A stretch of DNA of 64,000 nt from positions 38,440,001 to 38,504,000 of the forward strand of contig OY740801.1 of assembly GCA_963514005.1 (NCBI GenBank), read 5' to 3'. Source of the stretch: Raja brachyura (Eukaryota). This document shows, in pieces, positions 25,578 through 38,495 of this stretch. Each line of letters opens with the position of its first letter. Within the stretch, counting starts at the first letter, position 1. The translations under genes were made by a program, and so were the position numbers. The notes under the pieces were generated by a model. That model was given only the letters and a program-made list of their open reading frames with translations. It searched no databases and was not told the origin of the DNA.

Positions 25578-28500
25578 AAACCTACCTTCGGCGGCGCTCC
25601 AGACCTGTCACTGTCATTGGCTGTGTGCGTGACTCTGGCGCCTTTGAGTGGGGGGGTCGGGATTAAAATGCAGGTTTGTATTGCTTGTTATAGGATTTTC
25701 TCGGGTTGCTACCTGATGAAAGTCGATCGGACTTCCATTCCCGGTTCATTTTTTTAAAATCGCTGGACAATTTAATCGTTGGATTAAAGTAAAACGCGAC
25801 TTCTAACACCCTCAACACCTACATCGTGACGGATCGCAAAACCAGGACAAAACAATGGGTATGTCGCCTATTTTACATATAATCTTGCTTCTTGGGGTGG
25901 CTTTAGTCTAATTTTACGTTGCGGAAATGTTATTTGGGCCCCATACAGATCGGCCGATATGGGGTTAAAATTCACAGCAACGGCAATGTTCCAATTGATC
26001 GAATTCCAGAAACACCCACTCACAAGATGACTTAAATCCTCGTTTTTTTTTGGAAATTTCATGTCATTTGCCGTCTAAATCATCTATATTTCGTGTTATT
26101 ATCTCTCCGTGATCATTATTTAAAAAAAATATTCACAACAGCTTGAGTCACATGTATTGTGCAAAAAATAATAATTTTGATTATATTTTGAGTGGATGTT
26201 TTCTGGATTAATTTATGGGAATTAAACTTCTTCCATTGGGCCGATAAATTCATGAAAGTGAGATTAAAAAATCATGTTATATTGTGAATTATTGTGTGAA
26301 TGTTATTTGGACACTTAGGTTATTAAAAAAATGTTAATCTTAAGAAATGGATAGATGTTTAGATCTAGTAATTGAATTTAGATTATTTAAATTGATTTGA
26401 TGAAACTGATAAATATGATTTTTTGTTGGGTATTTACCATTTGTTTTAGCGTTTAACTTTATCATTTTAGCCTTTTTTACTAAAACTGCAAATAATAACT
26501 TGTTTCTGTTAATGCTGTTCAGTGTTTTTTTTTAAATTTACATTATTAACAGATGTCTCCGAAGAAGAAATGCAAAATTGTCAATCCAAAAGCCCAGCCA
26601 GGCATAGCTAGAGTTCAACCTGAAGTGAAGTTCTCTGTCATGCCCGAGTCTAAGAGGGATCTTAGAAATGGACACATCTTGTACTTGTATACCTCCTTTG
26701 GAAAAAGTCTGCCTGAAATAGAGAAATCGCTAAGTTCACATTTCCCTTTGTCGGGTGTGGAAGGCTATTCATTTGCTGCTGTTAACTCAAAAGTGAGGAC
26801 TCTCGTTAACCAGACTTTGCTTAAGTTTAAAAAACTCACCAATCCCAAGGAACTTGGAGCATTTATGAAAATTTGTGATGAAACTTTTAAACTTACAGAA
26901 GGCAGTCAACACATTTCTTTAGATGACATTCCACCGCCTGGTGCTCAAGATCCTGAATCCTTGACATCAGCCGAAAGCCAAGTGCCCATATTTCAAGACA
27001 CTGAGGACATGGGCGATGACAGTCATAGTCTGCATCCTCCACTGAATCTAGCAACGCCAACGACAGCTGCTGCATCACCTGAACCAATGCCATCGAAATC
27101 TAGTGTTTCAACAAGATGTAGCAGAGAATTTCTAAGTCTTTCACCAAGGAAACAGAAATTGAAGAAAAGACTAAACTTTCTGTCTGCATCCAAGGCTGCT
27201 CTTACACTAAAGTATTGCACAAAGATCAGTGAACTTAGGGCACAGTTGAAAATTCCCAAATGTGTAGTTAATCAAGCCTTAAAGAGAAAGCAAAAAAAAA
27301 GGATTTAAAGGACAGAAAGATTCAGGAACTCAAAACCAAATTACATAGGGAAACTTTTGCACGAGAGCTTGCTAAAACCAAGGCAGAGATTTTGAGACTT
27401 AAAAAAGCACACAGACAATTGCTGAAGTTTCGTGGCAGTAAGAAAAAGAGGAAAGCTGTTTCAATTCACCAGTACAGAAAAGTTCATGAAAAATTAAAGG
27501 ACAGGGAAGAGGATGTGAGACGCCTCGAATTTAACAAACTTGTCCTCAAAGAAACAATCGAAACTCTGCAGGCTGCCAGTATTGTCAAGTCAAAGGAGGA
27601 CCAGAAGACTTACTCCTCAACAACATGGATGCATGTGTTTGACTGTATTGTAAGCAAAACTCCCACAGCAAACATTCCAATCCTGATAAGCCAATTCTAC
27701 AAGCGGAGTGGACTTAATCTGGATCATGTTCCTCAACGCAGTGCAGTTGAAGTTATGGCTCGAGAATTGGGAGTTATTGCTGAGTTAGAATAGAATGCCT
27801 TTTATTGTCATTTAAACAGACAAGGTTTGAACGAAATTTCATTCCTGCAGTCATGACATTACAAAAAAAACAAGACACACCTTAACACAATTTACACAAA
27901 CATCCATCACAGTGAATCTCCAACACCTCCTCACTGTCCTTTTGTTCTTCTCCCGCGGTCCAGCAGTCCAACTGCAATGTCGAGGCAACTGCGGCTCACG
28001 ATGTTAAAGCCCTTGGCAGGCAATGGTAAGTCTCGCGGCCGTTTAAGCCGTGCCGGGCGATGTTAGGCCCCACTCCGAGCCATTTAAACCCCGCGATTTC
28101 GGTGGGAGAAGTTGCCGTTGCGGGAGCCCCGAAAAGCGGTCTCGCACCAGGGACCTGCGAGCTCCCGATGTTCCTGTCCACCGGGCCTGCGGCCAGAGCC
28201 TCCGAAGCTCCGAAGTCGGGTTGCAGCCGCGCGCCACCACAGCTCTCCCCGCTCCGAAGTCAGCCAGCTCCGCAATGGCGAGTCCACAGGCTCCGCGACT
28301 GGAGCCCTCAGGTTGTTTCCGGTTGGAGGCCGCCGGCGGCTGCACGATGTTAGGCCCACAGAAGAAGCGCCATCCTCCATGACTTCACCCAGGCTGAAGC
28401 AAATGTAGAACTTCAGATATTAGGCTTACTTGGCAAATATCTGACTGGGCCTTGGATGAAGCACTTCTACACTTCAAGCCAGAATCAGATCAACCATGTT

Positions 28501-29585
28501 AATGGCATCAAAGTGGTTAAAGGGGTGATTGCTGCTCTAAAGGAAGCCACAGAAAATCCAGACAACTTGATATTGGCAAGGGAAGATTTCTTCGGTGAGG
28601 AGGTGCATCTTCAGGAGCTACCAGTACACCCACAGTTCAGTTCGAAGATGAGGAGCTGTCTTCAAGCTGTCATCACTGTGTTGGAGAGGTAGTATAGTAC
28701 ATACTTTGAATTTGATGTAACTGGGAAATTGAAGGAGGAGACTGCATCAGCAAGATCACACAACATTAATGCGGAGGAGATAATGGGGATGTTTAGCTCA
28801 TTGAAACAGAAATCTCTCAAAGGCACTATTTGTTATTTGTCATGTAGGATGCGGGCCTGTAAGAATAGAACAGTCAATTACCTTGATAATCTCGAGGAGC
28901 ATTGTAGGGAGGAGGTGCTCTGTAAGGCAGTGACATGGGGGAGAGTGTAGAGGAACAGACGGAAGAAAAAAACAGAAGGAATTGAGAGCAGAAATCATCA
29001 TGTGACAGAAGAACAACCAGCATGCTCGGGACACGAAAGAGAGGAAAAAACTGGGGAAAAAATTGAAAGAGTGCTTTAAACTCGCATTTCAAAGTTTAAT
29101 CAATTCGCAGAGATTATCCAATTTTGGACTACTCCAAATATGATGATCTACAGGACATTATTAATGGAAAAGTAGTGGGTATTAAGGCATGTCATGCATG
29201 GTTTGAAGAGCAAAAACTTGTAGTTTACAATGCCAAAATTAAAAAGTTGAGGAAAAACAAGGTGTACAGAGTTGCTTATTGGTTGCAATCTGAGGAGTAT
29301 GATGATGCTACTGATTATGATATGCCAATGTACCAGCTATCAGCTAATCTTCTCCATAACGACTTGGTCTTCTGTTAGAAATTGTAATTTCTTTACCTAT
29401 CTGTTACGGACTTACAGCATATAATACAATAATATTACAGTTCTGATCTTGAGAATATCACATTTTTGAATTTTCAAGGCAGTGTGGGTGTTTATTACTA
29501 TTTCCATCACAACGGTCAATTTTGTAATTAGCTACAATTAGTTTAACTAATTATATGCTTTAATTTCAGGTCATCCAAGTAAGGT
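25578..29585 (+). mobile_element. Remnant of a DNA transposon with a large fragmented transposase-like gene (divergent hAT-like, tentative)
   Basis: Collinear ORF pieces 26553-27308, 27392-27793, 28456-28692, 28729-28950 and 29124-29378. Motifs LGLLGKYLTGPWM and SHNINAEEIMGMFS resemble the hAT C-terminal glutamate region. AT-rich subterminal DNA. Superfamily is inferred. Confidence 0.6.
27786..28380 (-). mobile_element. Unclassified retroposon 3' end (related copies near 52465-53100 and 60800-61370)
   Basis: Shared CATCACAGTGA/CTCCTCACTGT motifs, a GC-rich body and a GACAATAAA + short-repeat tail. Confidence 0.55.
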
Positions 29586-29867
29586 GTCTGCATACCGCAC
29601 GGTGGCCTCCCTCGCGTCGCAGGCGTCACCTCCCTGCCGCTCGGCCCCGTCATTCCCGTCTCCTCGTATCCGCCAGCCCAGCCTCGCCCCGCGCACCCAC
29701 AGACGGTCGCCGCTGGGGAGGTTACGTGGCCGACGCCCTGCTGGTGTCGGGCCCGTCCCCAGCACAGGGCCCGCCCCCTGTTTTCTGGGTTACTGGGTGT
29801 TCCGGGTCATCGGCATCCGAGTGACATGGTGACTGAAGATCTGCAAGGGGCGAGAGCAAGCAGTCAC
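29586..29867 (-). repeat. Diverged duplicate of the SUMO promoter/5'UTR, lacking the ATG exon
   Basis: Direct repeat of 24882-25070 plus 25477-25577. Both copies end at ...GCAGTCAC. Confidence 0.9.
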
Positions 29868-30472
29868 ATTTTCATGATAAAAAGCAAAGATACTGATAAA
29901 AAGAATCAAGTCAAGTCAAGAGAGTTTATGGTCATGTGTCCCAGATAGGACAATGAAATTCTTACTTGCTGCAGCACAACAGAATATTGTAAACAAAAAT
30001 AGTAAGATTAAATGAGAACTTACCAGTTTGAAGTTTGATCTTTATTTTATGAGGATTTGCGATGAGGGATTTCGTGAAGACCCCGCCAGCACGCATGCGC
30101 GACATTCTTCAAAGCAGCGGTGTGGAATCACAGATTAAACAACAATGACTAAATATAGTAAGATTGAAGAGACTATTACCAGTTGACCTTATAGTAGAGG
30201 GTTGGAAGCGGAGGGCACAAAATCCCTCATCGCAACTCCTCATAAAATAAAGATCAAACTTCAAACTGGTAAGTTCTCATTTAATCTTACTATTTCATTT
30301 CGGAGTCACGTAAGTGAGTTCATGAAGATTTCAAAGCTCTGTGATTACATGCCCTGGATCATGTCCGTGCTCGCACACTGCCGCAATTCTGATGGAAGGA
30401 GTACGTTAATGTATTTCAGACTTGACAAGCTGAAAAATAATATAGTATTTATTCATACAAATCAAAAAACCC

Positions 30473-31400
30473 TCACTCGGGGATAAACGTTTCTTGGGGA
30501 CCAGTCCTTAACACTGTCTCCGCAAACGTAGCGGGAGCGGCCACAGGTTTATTATAAAACCGCTGGAATGTAGCTTCGCTGGCCCAGCCTGCTGTAGCGA
30601 GGATATGGTCCATGGGAACCTCCATGGTCCTCGCCGCTGATGTGGATGCAGCCCTGGTAGAATGGGATTTAAGGATATTAGTATTAATACCTGGTGCATC
30701 CAAAACCACCCTGAGCCACCTGGAGATCGTCTGCACCGTCACCCTGTGATGGGGTTTTTTATGGCTGATAAGCAGGCCTTTCTCCATTTTCCTAATGGTA
30801 TGCGTCACTGTAATATAGTGACGTATGTACGTGGCTATGCAGAGCCTCACATCAACGGGGTATGCTGGGAATATTAATTGCAGCCCTGTGGTCAAGCAGT
30901 CCCAGGTCTATGCTGCTTGAGTAACTCATCTATGAAGAAAGTTACTCTCTCAAGGGTTGAGACCATATGATTCAATTTGATCTTTTGTAAGGTCTGGACC
31001 CGTTGAGCCGAGGTTAGCGCCATTAACATCACCATCTTCAGGGTGGGTTTATCCAGCGGTAGTCCAATCATTGGCGACCAACTCCTGAGTAGGGTAAATA
31101 CTACCCCTATATCCCAGGTGATGTTGTATCGTGGTCGGGGAGGGTTCGAATTGAAGATACCCCTCATGAATTTGGACACGAGCGGGTGAGATCCTACTCC
31201 TATACAAAGGTAGGATGACAATGTGCTCCTGGTACTGTTGATGGTGCTGTAGCTGAGGCCCTCATCATGGTGTAGCCCCGCTAGGAATTCCAACACATGG
31301 GGTATCGTGGCAGAGTCATACGTAATGTTAATCCATCTGTAGTAAGCCTCACATTTCCTGATTTGGGTGAGGTACTGTCATCTAGTGGATTCTCTGCACG
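30473..31400 (-). pseudogene. DIRS tyrosine recombinase (frameshifted)
   Basis: LSYSTINSTRSTLS, HPLVSKFMRG, SAQRVQ(catalytic R), HSTRAASTS and AGW..TF.RFY motifs. Confidence 0.92.
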
Positions 31401-31457
31401 ATGCTGCAATGGTGTCCATGGTCCTTGGTGTTAGTCCGTATTGCAGGAGTTGCCTCT

Positions 31458-33441
31458 TCAGAACCTGCAAGCCAACAGGTTCAGATGACCATGGCATGGA
31501 TGGTATTCTCCTGTTGTGGGGTTAGTTACCAAATCCGGGCATTTGTTAATATGTGCCCATGGTTCTTTAATCATCTCAAGGACCACTGGATACCATGGTT
31601 GTGTAGGCCAGTCGGGTATTATTAAGATGCCTTTTGCAGAATCTGATTTTATTTTTTGCAATACCCGACTGATGATGCAAAATGGAGGAAATGCATAGAA
31701 AACCATTTCCCCCAGTGCAACGAGAAAGCGTCCATCGCTACTGCCCCAGGATCTGGTTCCCAAGATACATATGTTGGTATCTGATGGTTCAATCTGGACG
31801 CAAAAAGGTCGATATCTGGTGTTCCAAATTTGGCGATAATTTTGGCAAATATTTGGGGATTTAACATCCACTCAATGTTATCATTGAATACACGTGACCT
31901 GGTGTCCGCCACTGTATTGAACTTACCTGGAAGGTAGGTAGCTGATATCCAAATATTTCTTGCTATGCACCAGAGCCAGATTGTGTTTGCCAATTCATAT
32001 GATTTAAATATGCCACCACAGTGGTGTTGTCTATTTGAAGACGGACATGCGTATGATGTAAATTCATGCAATAAGCTCGCAGCCCGTGAAATGCTCCTAG
32101 CATCTCCAAATAGTTTATTCCTTGTGATAATAGAAGGGTAGATTCGTGTAAATCCCATCTACCGCCACAACTGGAAGTAGTGTCGGTAGCTCCCCAGCCT
32201 TGGGCGCTTGCGTCGGTTTGTACCACGACTCACGGGTTCGGTACAATAATGGGATTGAATGAGTCATGAATATTATCAATCCACCATTGTAACTCAACTT
32301 TTGCCTTGATTGGCAGCTGTATAGGCCTATCAAAATGTCCAGCATTAGTTTTTAATGCTGACATTTTTGTTCTTTGCAAATTTTGATAGTGTAAAGGGCC
32401 AAATCATGCAGCTGGAAATGTAGCTACTAATTTCCCAATTACCTTAGCAGCATGTCGGATTGTTGATTTCCTGGCGCAAGCAAGGTTGTTACATGCTTCA
32501 ATAACATCCATTGCCTTGTTATCTGGGATGGTAACAAGCATTTGATTGGTGTTAATTGTGAATCCCAGATAATCCATGACCTATGAAGGGTAGAACTTAG
32601 ATTTGTCTGGATGGATGACAAACCCTAATTTTTGAAACAATGTTTTAGTAGCTGCTACTGCTAAATTTGTCGATTCCATGGTCTTTCCCACGATCAAGAT
32701 GTCATCTAAATATGCCATGACAATATCATTTTGTTTCCTCAGAGATGCCAATACTGGTTTCAAAATTTTTGTAAATAACCTAAGGGCTGTTGTAAGCCCA
32801 TTAGGTAGGGCTCTATATTACCATAGCTGATCCATCCAAACAAACTTTAAGAACTTTTGGTAATGTTTCCGTATTGATACTGAATAGTATGCATCTTTTA
32901 AACTGATGCATGCCATGCCATTTGGAAATCAGTGATTTAGCTGTTTCGAATGTGTCCATTTTAAAATGGGTATATTTTACATGAGTATTCAAATGGGTTA
33001 AATCAATAATAATCCTGCATCCACCATCTTTTTTAGTTTTGGTAAAAATGTTGGATGCAAACTCAAGAGGTTTGTGTGCCGTTTTCTCTATCACCCCCTT
33101 GGCATGTAGCCTCAAAATTTCCTCATGTCCTTCCGCTATTTCCTTACGGGAAAGTGCAAATTTCCGGTTTGGTGCATGTTGAGGCGGGGGAAGTTGTTCA
33201 TTTATGAATTCAATTTTATACCCCTGAATACTGTAATATAATATAATATAAATGAATCTAAAGTTATAGAGCTCCATATATCCCAGAATAACCATAATCT
33301 CCCACCAATTTGTGAGGTTAAACATGCAGCACTCGAATGAGAACCAGACCCCATTACCTCCATGGTTACCGACGGGCCCTGATGTTCTGGGTTTTGGCAC
33401 TCCATTGTGTTGCTGGATTGCGGGGTTGGCGCATCTTCCAC
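31458..33441 (-). pseudogene. DIRS pol: reverse transcriptase, RNase H and DNA N6-adenine methyltransferase-like domain (frameshifted)
   Basis: Fragments include GYKIEF, RIIIDL, FKMDT, YLDDIL, QTDASAQGWG, NTVADTRSR, PDIDLFASRLNHQ, YAFPPF and IPDWPTQPWY. Confidence 0.9.
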
Positions 33442-34842
33442 GTCGGTCGCTGTTGGCCCTGCCCTAAAAAAGGCTTTTGTTGTTGGGGTGCGGCCGGCGT
33501 GTAGGTCCTTGATATTCTTTCAGGTGGCCTCCGAGGTCTTACATATGGTGTTTGGCTGCGAGTAGCTGGCCTGCTGGAGGAAGGTGGTTTCATCAAACCA
33601 ACTGCCTTCGCCTCCTCGTCCAGGTCCTTGACCTGTTTGGGCAGGTCCTCACCGAACAGCTGTCTCAGTGGCGGCGTCGCAGATGCCTTCCACATCCCCG
33701 CGAACTTGGGGTTGAGAGTAGGCTTGATGGAGATTTTCCGGAAAGCATTAATTTCGTATTGTGTGTTACTCAATAGTGCAAGAGCATTTTCCTGCTCCTC
33801 CGTCATCTCCGTGCCATCAATAGATCTGGCAAAGGCCGTAATTCCTGATGTCAAAAGATTCAGGATCTTTTGAAGTTTAAGTTCCTGTGCCCTTATTCCT
33901 GGACTGATGTTGCCCCAGATGGATGTTCATTCAGTGATACACAATTGTTCGGGGCCTTATATTTGTTCATTGCCTCGGTTAGTACCTGATCCTGCAGCTG
34001 GTGTGTAGTAAGGACGTCAATACTTGCTGCTAGGGTACACAAAAAATGCTGGAGAAACTCAGCGGGTACAGCAGCAGCATCAAAGGAGTGAAGGAGATAG
34101 GCGACGTTTTGGGTCGAGAAGAAGAGTCTCGACCCGAAACGTCGCCTATCTCCTTCGCTCCTTAGATGCTGCTGCACCCGCTGTGATTCTCCAGCTATTT
34201 GTGTACCCTCGATTCTCCAGCATCTGCAGTTCCTTCTTTAAAACTTGCTGCTAGATTGGGCTGCAATGGCTGTCCTGAGTGCTTAGGTTCGGCAAATCTG
34301 GAAGCCACATCAAGAGGATCTTCTTGGGGTTTCTCAGCTGCTACAGGTTCCTCCGCCAACCCTTCTTCCACGTCAGCCAGCTGCTGACCCCTAGCACTCC
34401 CCACCGAAGATGTGAACATTCTGGGTGGCCCAGATGCATGTCTCCTGAAACTAGAGGACATCCGGTCCTGCTGCTGGAGATTTTGCTCAAGGAGTCGCTC
34501 CATCATGTGCTCCATACGGGCCATGCGACCACCGCCGCTATCTGCAGACAACAAGTCGACTTCCTCAGGTTCTCCTGAACTACTGAGGCTTCTGCCATCG
34601 GCCCGCACCTCGTCGAGGTGATGTCTAGGGTGCCTAGGCAGGATGTCGCTGCCTGTCGCTCCAGCGGGGCTCTGCGACTCCCGCGCGGACATGCCGCTGG
34701 TCCGCAGTCTTCCGGACTGAGGCGGCCTGCTTGTCTGGAAAGACATGAACGGTGAGGAGTCGGTTCCAGCCGCCGGAGCGGGGTTCACCGAATCAGAATT
34801 GCGGCAGTGTGTGGGCTTGCAGCCTGTCTTCCCCTGAGACAA
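33366..34842 (-). pseudogene. DIRS gag-like ORF1, interrupted by an insertion at 34034-34242
   Basis: ORFs 34195-34842 and 33893-34177 rejoin (PNLAAS|IDVL) when the insert is removed. LFGEDL motif in ORF 33366-33854. Confidence 0.75.
34034..34242. mobile_element. Penelope-derived fold-back element inserted in DIRS gag
   Basis: Same family as 6069-6415. 12-bp TSD ACTTGCTGCTAG at 34022-34033 and 34243-34254. Confidence 0.9.
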
Positions 34843-35911
34843 AGGCGACGTTCAGTCACGTCCAACCGCTAACGCAGGGTGCGGTGACCGGGATGATATA
34901 CCACCGGCCCGCGATCTGGCAGGCTCCCCCGGTGGTAAGTCTGCGCCGGCCGCACCTGCGGGGCTGCCAGACTCAGATCTCGGTCCCTCACCGGTCCGCG
35001 ATCTGGCGGACTGCTCCGGTGGCAAGTCGACGGGGCTCTTCGTCTTCTGTGCGGTTCTTCCTCTGGTCCGCCCTCTGGTGACCTGTATAGTAGGGGACAC
35101 AGAACGTGCCGCAGAGCGGGTAATACGTTTTCCCCACTGTCCCTATGTTTAGGTGACAGTGGTAGGGAGTCAGGGTCTTGCCTACCCTGCTCCCGCATGG
35201 TGCTCCTACCACTATGTGGCTCCATGGACAGCCGTGGTGGAGAGTCGGGTCCTGGTTTAGTAGGGCTCTCCGACTTCCGCGTCCTTTTCCCAGCCCAACG
35301 AGCGGGTGCTGCTGTTGTAGCGGGCAGCTCCGGGGAATGCAGCCGCTGACTCCTGTTAGAAGTCCTGCGGCTGGAAGCATATTTTGAACTCCTTTCCATC
35401 ATCCCTGTGAACAAAAAATTAAATCCACAGGAACTAACCAACTCAAGGTTAGTTCCTCTTACCTGAGCGGTCCTTTTTGAAGGGCTGGTGGAGGAGCACA
35501 CTCACTCCCGCAGCCGTCGACTGCAACTGCGAGCAACAATATCTCGCGCATGCGTGCTGGCGGAGTCTTCACGAAGTCACTCACTTGACTCCGAAATGAA
35601 ATACAGAACAGTTCAGTTCAATATAAACATAAATAAGCAGATAAAATGCAATAGGTTGTTACAGTTCAGAGTCTGTTTGTTGGCAAGTTTAATAGTCTGA
35701 TGGCTGTGGGGAAGAAGCTGTTCCTGAACCTGGATGAAACAGATTTCAGGCTCCTGTACCTTCTGCCCGATGGTAGCGGAGAGATGAGTGTGTGGCCAGG
35801 ATGGTGTGGGTCCTTGATGATGTTGGCTGCCTTTGAGGCAGCGACTGCGATAGATTCTTCGATGGTGGGGAAGTCACAGCCGATGATGGACTGGGCAGTG
35901 GTCAAAAATGA

Positions 35912-36662
35912 AAATAGACAATAGGTGCAGGAGTAGGCCATTTGGCCCTTCGAGCCAGCACCACCATTCAATGTGATCATGGCTGATCATTCCCAATCAG
36001 TACCCTGTTCCTGCCTTCTCCCCATATCCCCTTACTCTGCTATTTTTACGAGCCCTCTCTTGAAAGCATCCGGAGAATCTGCCTCCACCGCCCTCTGAGG
36101 CAGAGAATTCCACAAACTCACCGCTCTCTGTGAGACAACGTGTTTCCTCGTCTCCGTTCTAAATGGCTTACTCTTTATTCTTAAACTGTGGCCCTTAGTT
36201 CTGGACTCCCCCAACATCGGGAACATGTTTCCTGCCTCTAGTGTGTCCAAGCCTTTAACAATCTTATATGTTTCAATGAGTATCCTCTCATCCTTCTAAA
36301 CTCCAGAGTGTACAAGCTCAGCTGCTCCATTCTCTCAGCATATGACAGTCCCGTCATCCCGGGAACTAACCTTGTAAACCTACGCTGCACTCCATCAATA
36401 GCAAGAATGTCCTTCCTCAAATTAGGGGACCAAAACTGCACACAATACTCCAGGTGTGGTCTCACTAGGGCTCTGTGCAACTGCAGAAGGACCTTGTTGC
36501 TCCTATATTCGATTCCTCTTGTTATAAAGGCCAACATGCCAATCGCTTTCTTCACTGCCTGCTGTACCTGCATGCTTACTTTCATAGACTGATGTACAAG
36601 GAGCCCCAGATCCTGTTGTACTTCCCCTTTTCCCAACTTGATGCCATTTAGATAGTAATCTG
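35912..36662 (-). mobile_element. CR1 3' fragment
   Basis: ORF 36238-36636 [13 protein letters not shown], with a (CTATTGT)n tail. Confidence 0.9.
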
Positions 36663-38495
36663 TAAAAGAATGAAAACACCAATAAGAACATGAGATAGAC
36701 TTGAGATAGACGCTGGAGTTGACGATTTTTTAGGCGACTGCCGGTGACTGTCATAGTCCTGGCAGGTCGCCGAAAAACCAGCAACTGCACCCTCCCTATG
36801 ACAATGTCTACGACAAGCTACAACAACCTACCACCTAGTCGACGGCAAGCTACCGACAACCGGCGACCCAATCGTCGCGCCTTAGGACGTCCACCCACGA
36901 CAAGCTACGACCCTGTCGGCGACAACTGAAGATAATTCACATCATTTTGGCCTCAAAAACAATGGAATCACCCAGTTTTCCTATAAAAGTGGTTGTACGG
37001 TAGGGTTTCCAATCATTGCAACACAGAAACATATCAATATTAAGTGGAAGGCAAATAAATTAAAACTTTTCACAAGCTGTGTGTGACAAAGAATTTCAAT
37101 TCACAAAAAGTATTATAAAATGAGATACCTGGTGAGCCTGCTGATGTGGTGGTCCCATCAGTCCCATCTGTTGCTGTCCCATGTGTCCCAACAGCTGCAG
37201 AACCTGCAACACATATTAATTCATTGTTAATATTTCATACAAAAACAGTAATATTAAGGTCAAATATTTAAGTAAAATGTTCCCAAAATTCCACAAAAAT
37301 TACTTAAAATATTTACCGGCTGGGAGACGTTATGGGCCATCGTCATGGCAGCCATGATATAGTTGAACCACATGTTTGCTGGTATCTTAAGCAGCTCAGT
37401 TTTACGAATCCCAGAAAGGTGTCAACAGCCCTCTCATGAGGTATCTGGGGCTGTGTCATGGCCTCCCTGGCCTCTGTTGCATGAGCTGCAATGGGGGGAA
37501 AAAAAAGATGGATGGATGGAAGACAAATTTCCTCAAAAGTACTTACCGCCTTGATCAGCTCCTGCTGACTTGCCTCTCTCTCCTCTACCTCAGTTGCTGT
37601 TGGGGTGGAGCCTGGAGTGGAGCTGGCAGTGGTCCTGCTTCTCTTGCTGTGCTGCTGACGGGTGGAGGGTGTGGATCCAGAGGTTTCCTCATGTGGGTCA
37701 AACTCCTTTTCGCTGGACCTACTGTGCAGCGGATTCTTGTCAAATGGAGGAAAATGGGTCTTGACCAGAAACGTCGCCTATTCCTTCGCTCCGTAGATGC
37801 TGCCTCACCAGCTTTTTTTGTCTACTTTGGAAGAAAATAAATGTGTTTTGCAAACTTTCAAGAATTTCAAGATAAGGCTCTAAAAAATAGCGGAGTCAGG
37901 GGATATGGGGAGAAGGCAGGAACGGGGTACTGATTGGGGATGATCAGCCATGATCACATTGAATGGCGGTGCTGGCTCGAAGGGCCAAAAGGCCTACTCC
38001 TGCACCTATTGTCTATTGTCTATTGTAAGACCATCAGGACATGGCAAGCAAGATGGCAATCAAATTATCAATTTCACAATAACCATTTTATAATAATTAC
38101 CTTCTTGGTGCTCTGTCTCCTCTCCACTCATACTATATGTGAACTGATAATGTCCCATTCGTCGACGATCCACTGCTGCCTAAAGTTTTTGCCACCAGAC
38201 CCAGACTTGTTTGCACTCTGAGACAGTTTGCCATATCTGGTTCTCTGGCTTTTGAACCACAGACAGAGTTGGGTGTTTGTAAAAAAAAAAGAATTAAGGC
38301 CAGTGTGAAATGCCTACCTGCAAGAAAATGGAAGAGCTACTGCTGGAAACTTGAAATATTAACAGACTACGTGTTACCACATATGAAAAAAAAATACACA
38401 GAAAAAAAAATAACGCCAAAATATACAATGTACAGGCAAACTTGCTGGTGGCACTATTATCTGTCCACAATTTCATGTCATGGCAAACAAGATGA

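Larger units (their letters stand above)
30000..35602 (-). mobile_element. DIRS-type tyrosine-recombinase retrotransposon, full length but degenerate
   Basis: Domain order gag - RT (IGGRL, LPNGL, YLDD) - RNase H (TDAS..GWG, INYLE, DNTTV) - MTase-like - YR (HSTR). Inverted termini and an internal complementary region are present. Confidence 0.95.

Noticed and set aside
24882-29867. LTR retrotransposon defined by the flanking direct repeats
   Set aside because: The repeats are the SUMO 5' region, with no PBS/PPT, TSD or gag-pol between them.
30473-31900. Prophage or bacterial contamination (integrase plus Dam methylase)
   Set aside because: Both domains are standard parts of DIRS retrotransposons and sit inside ITR/ICR ends with RT and RNase H.
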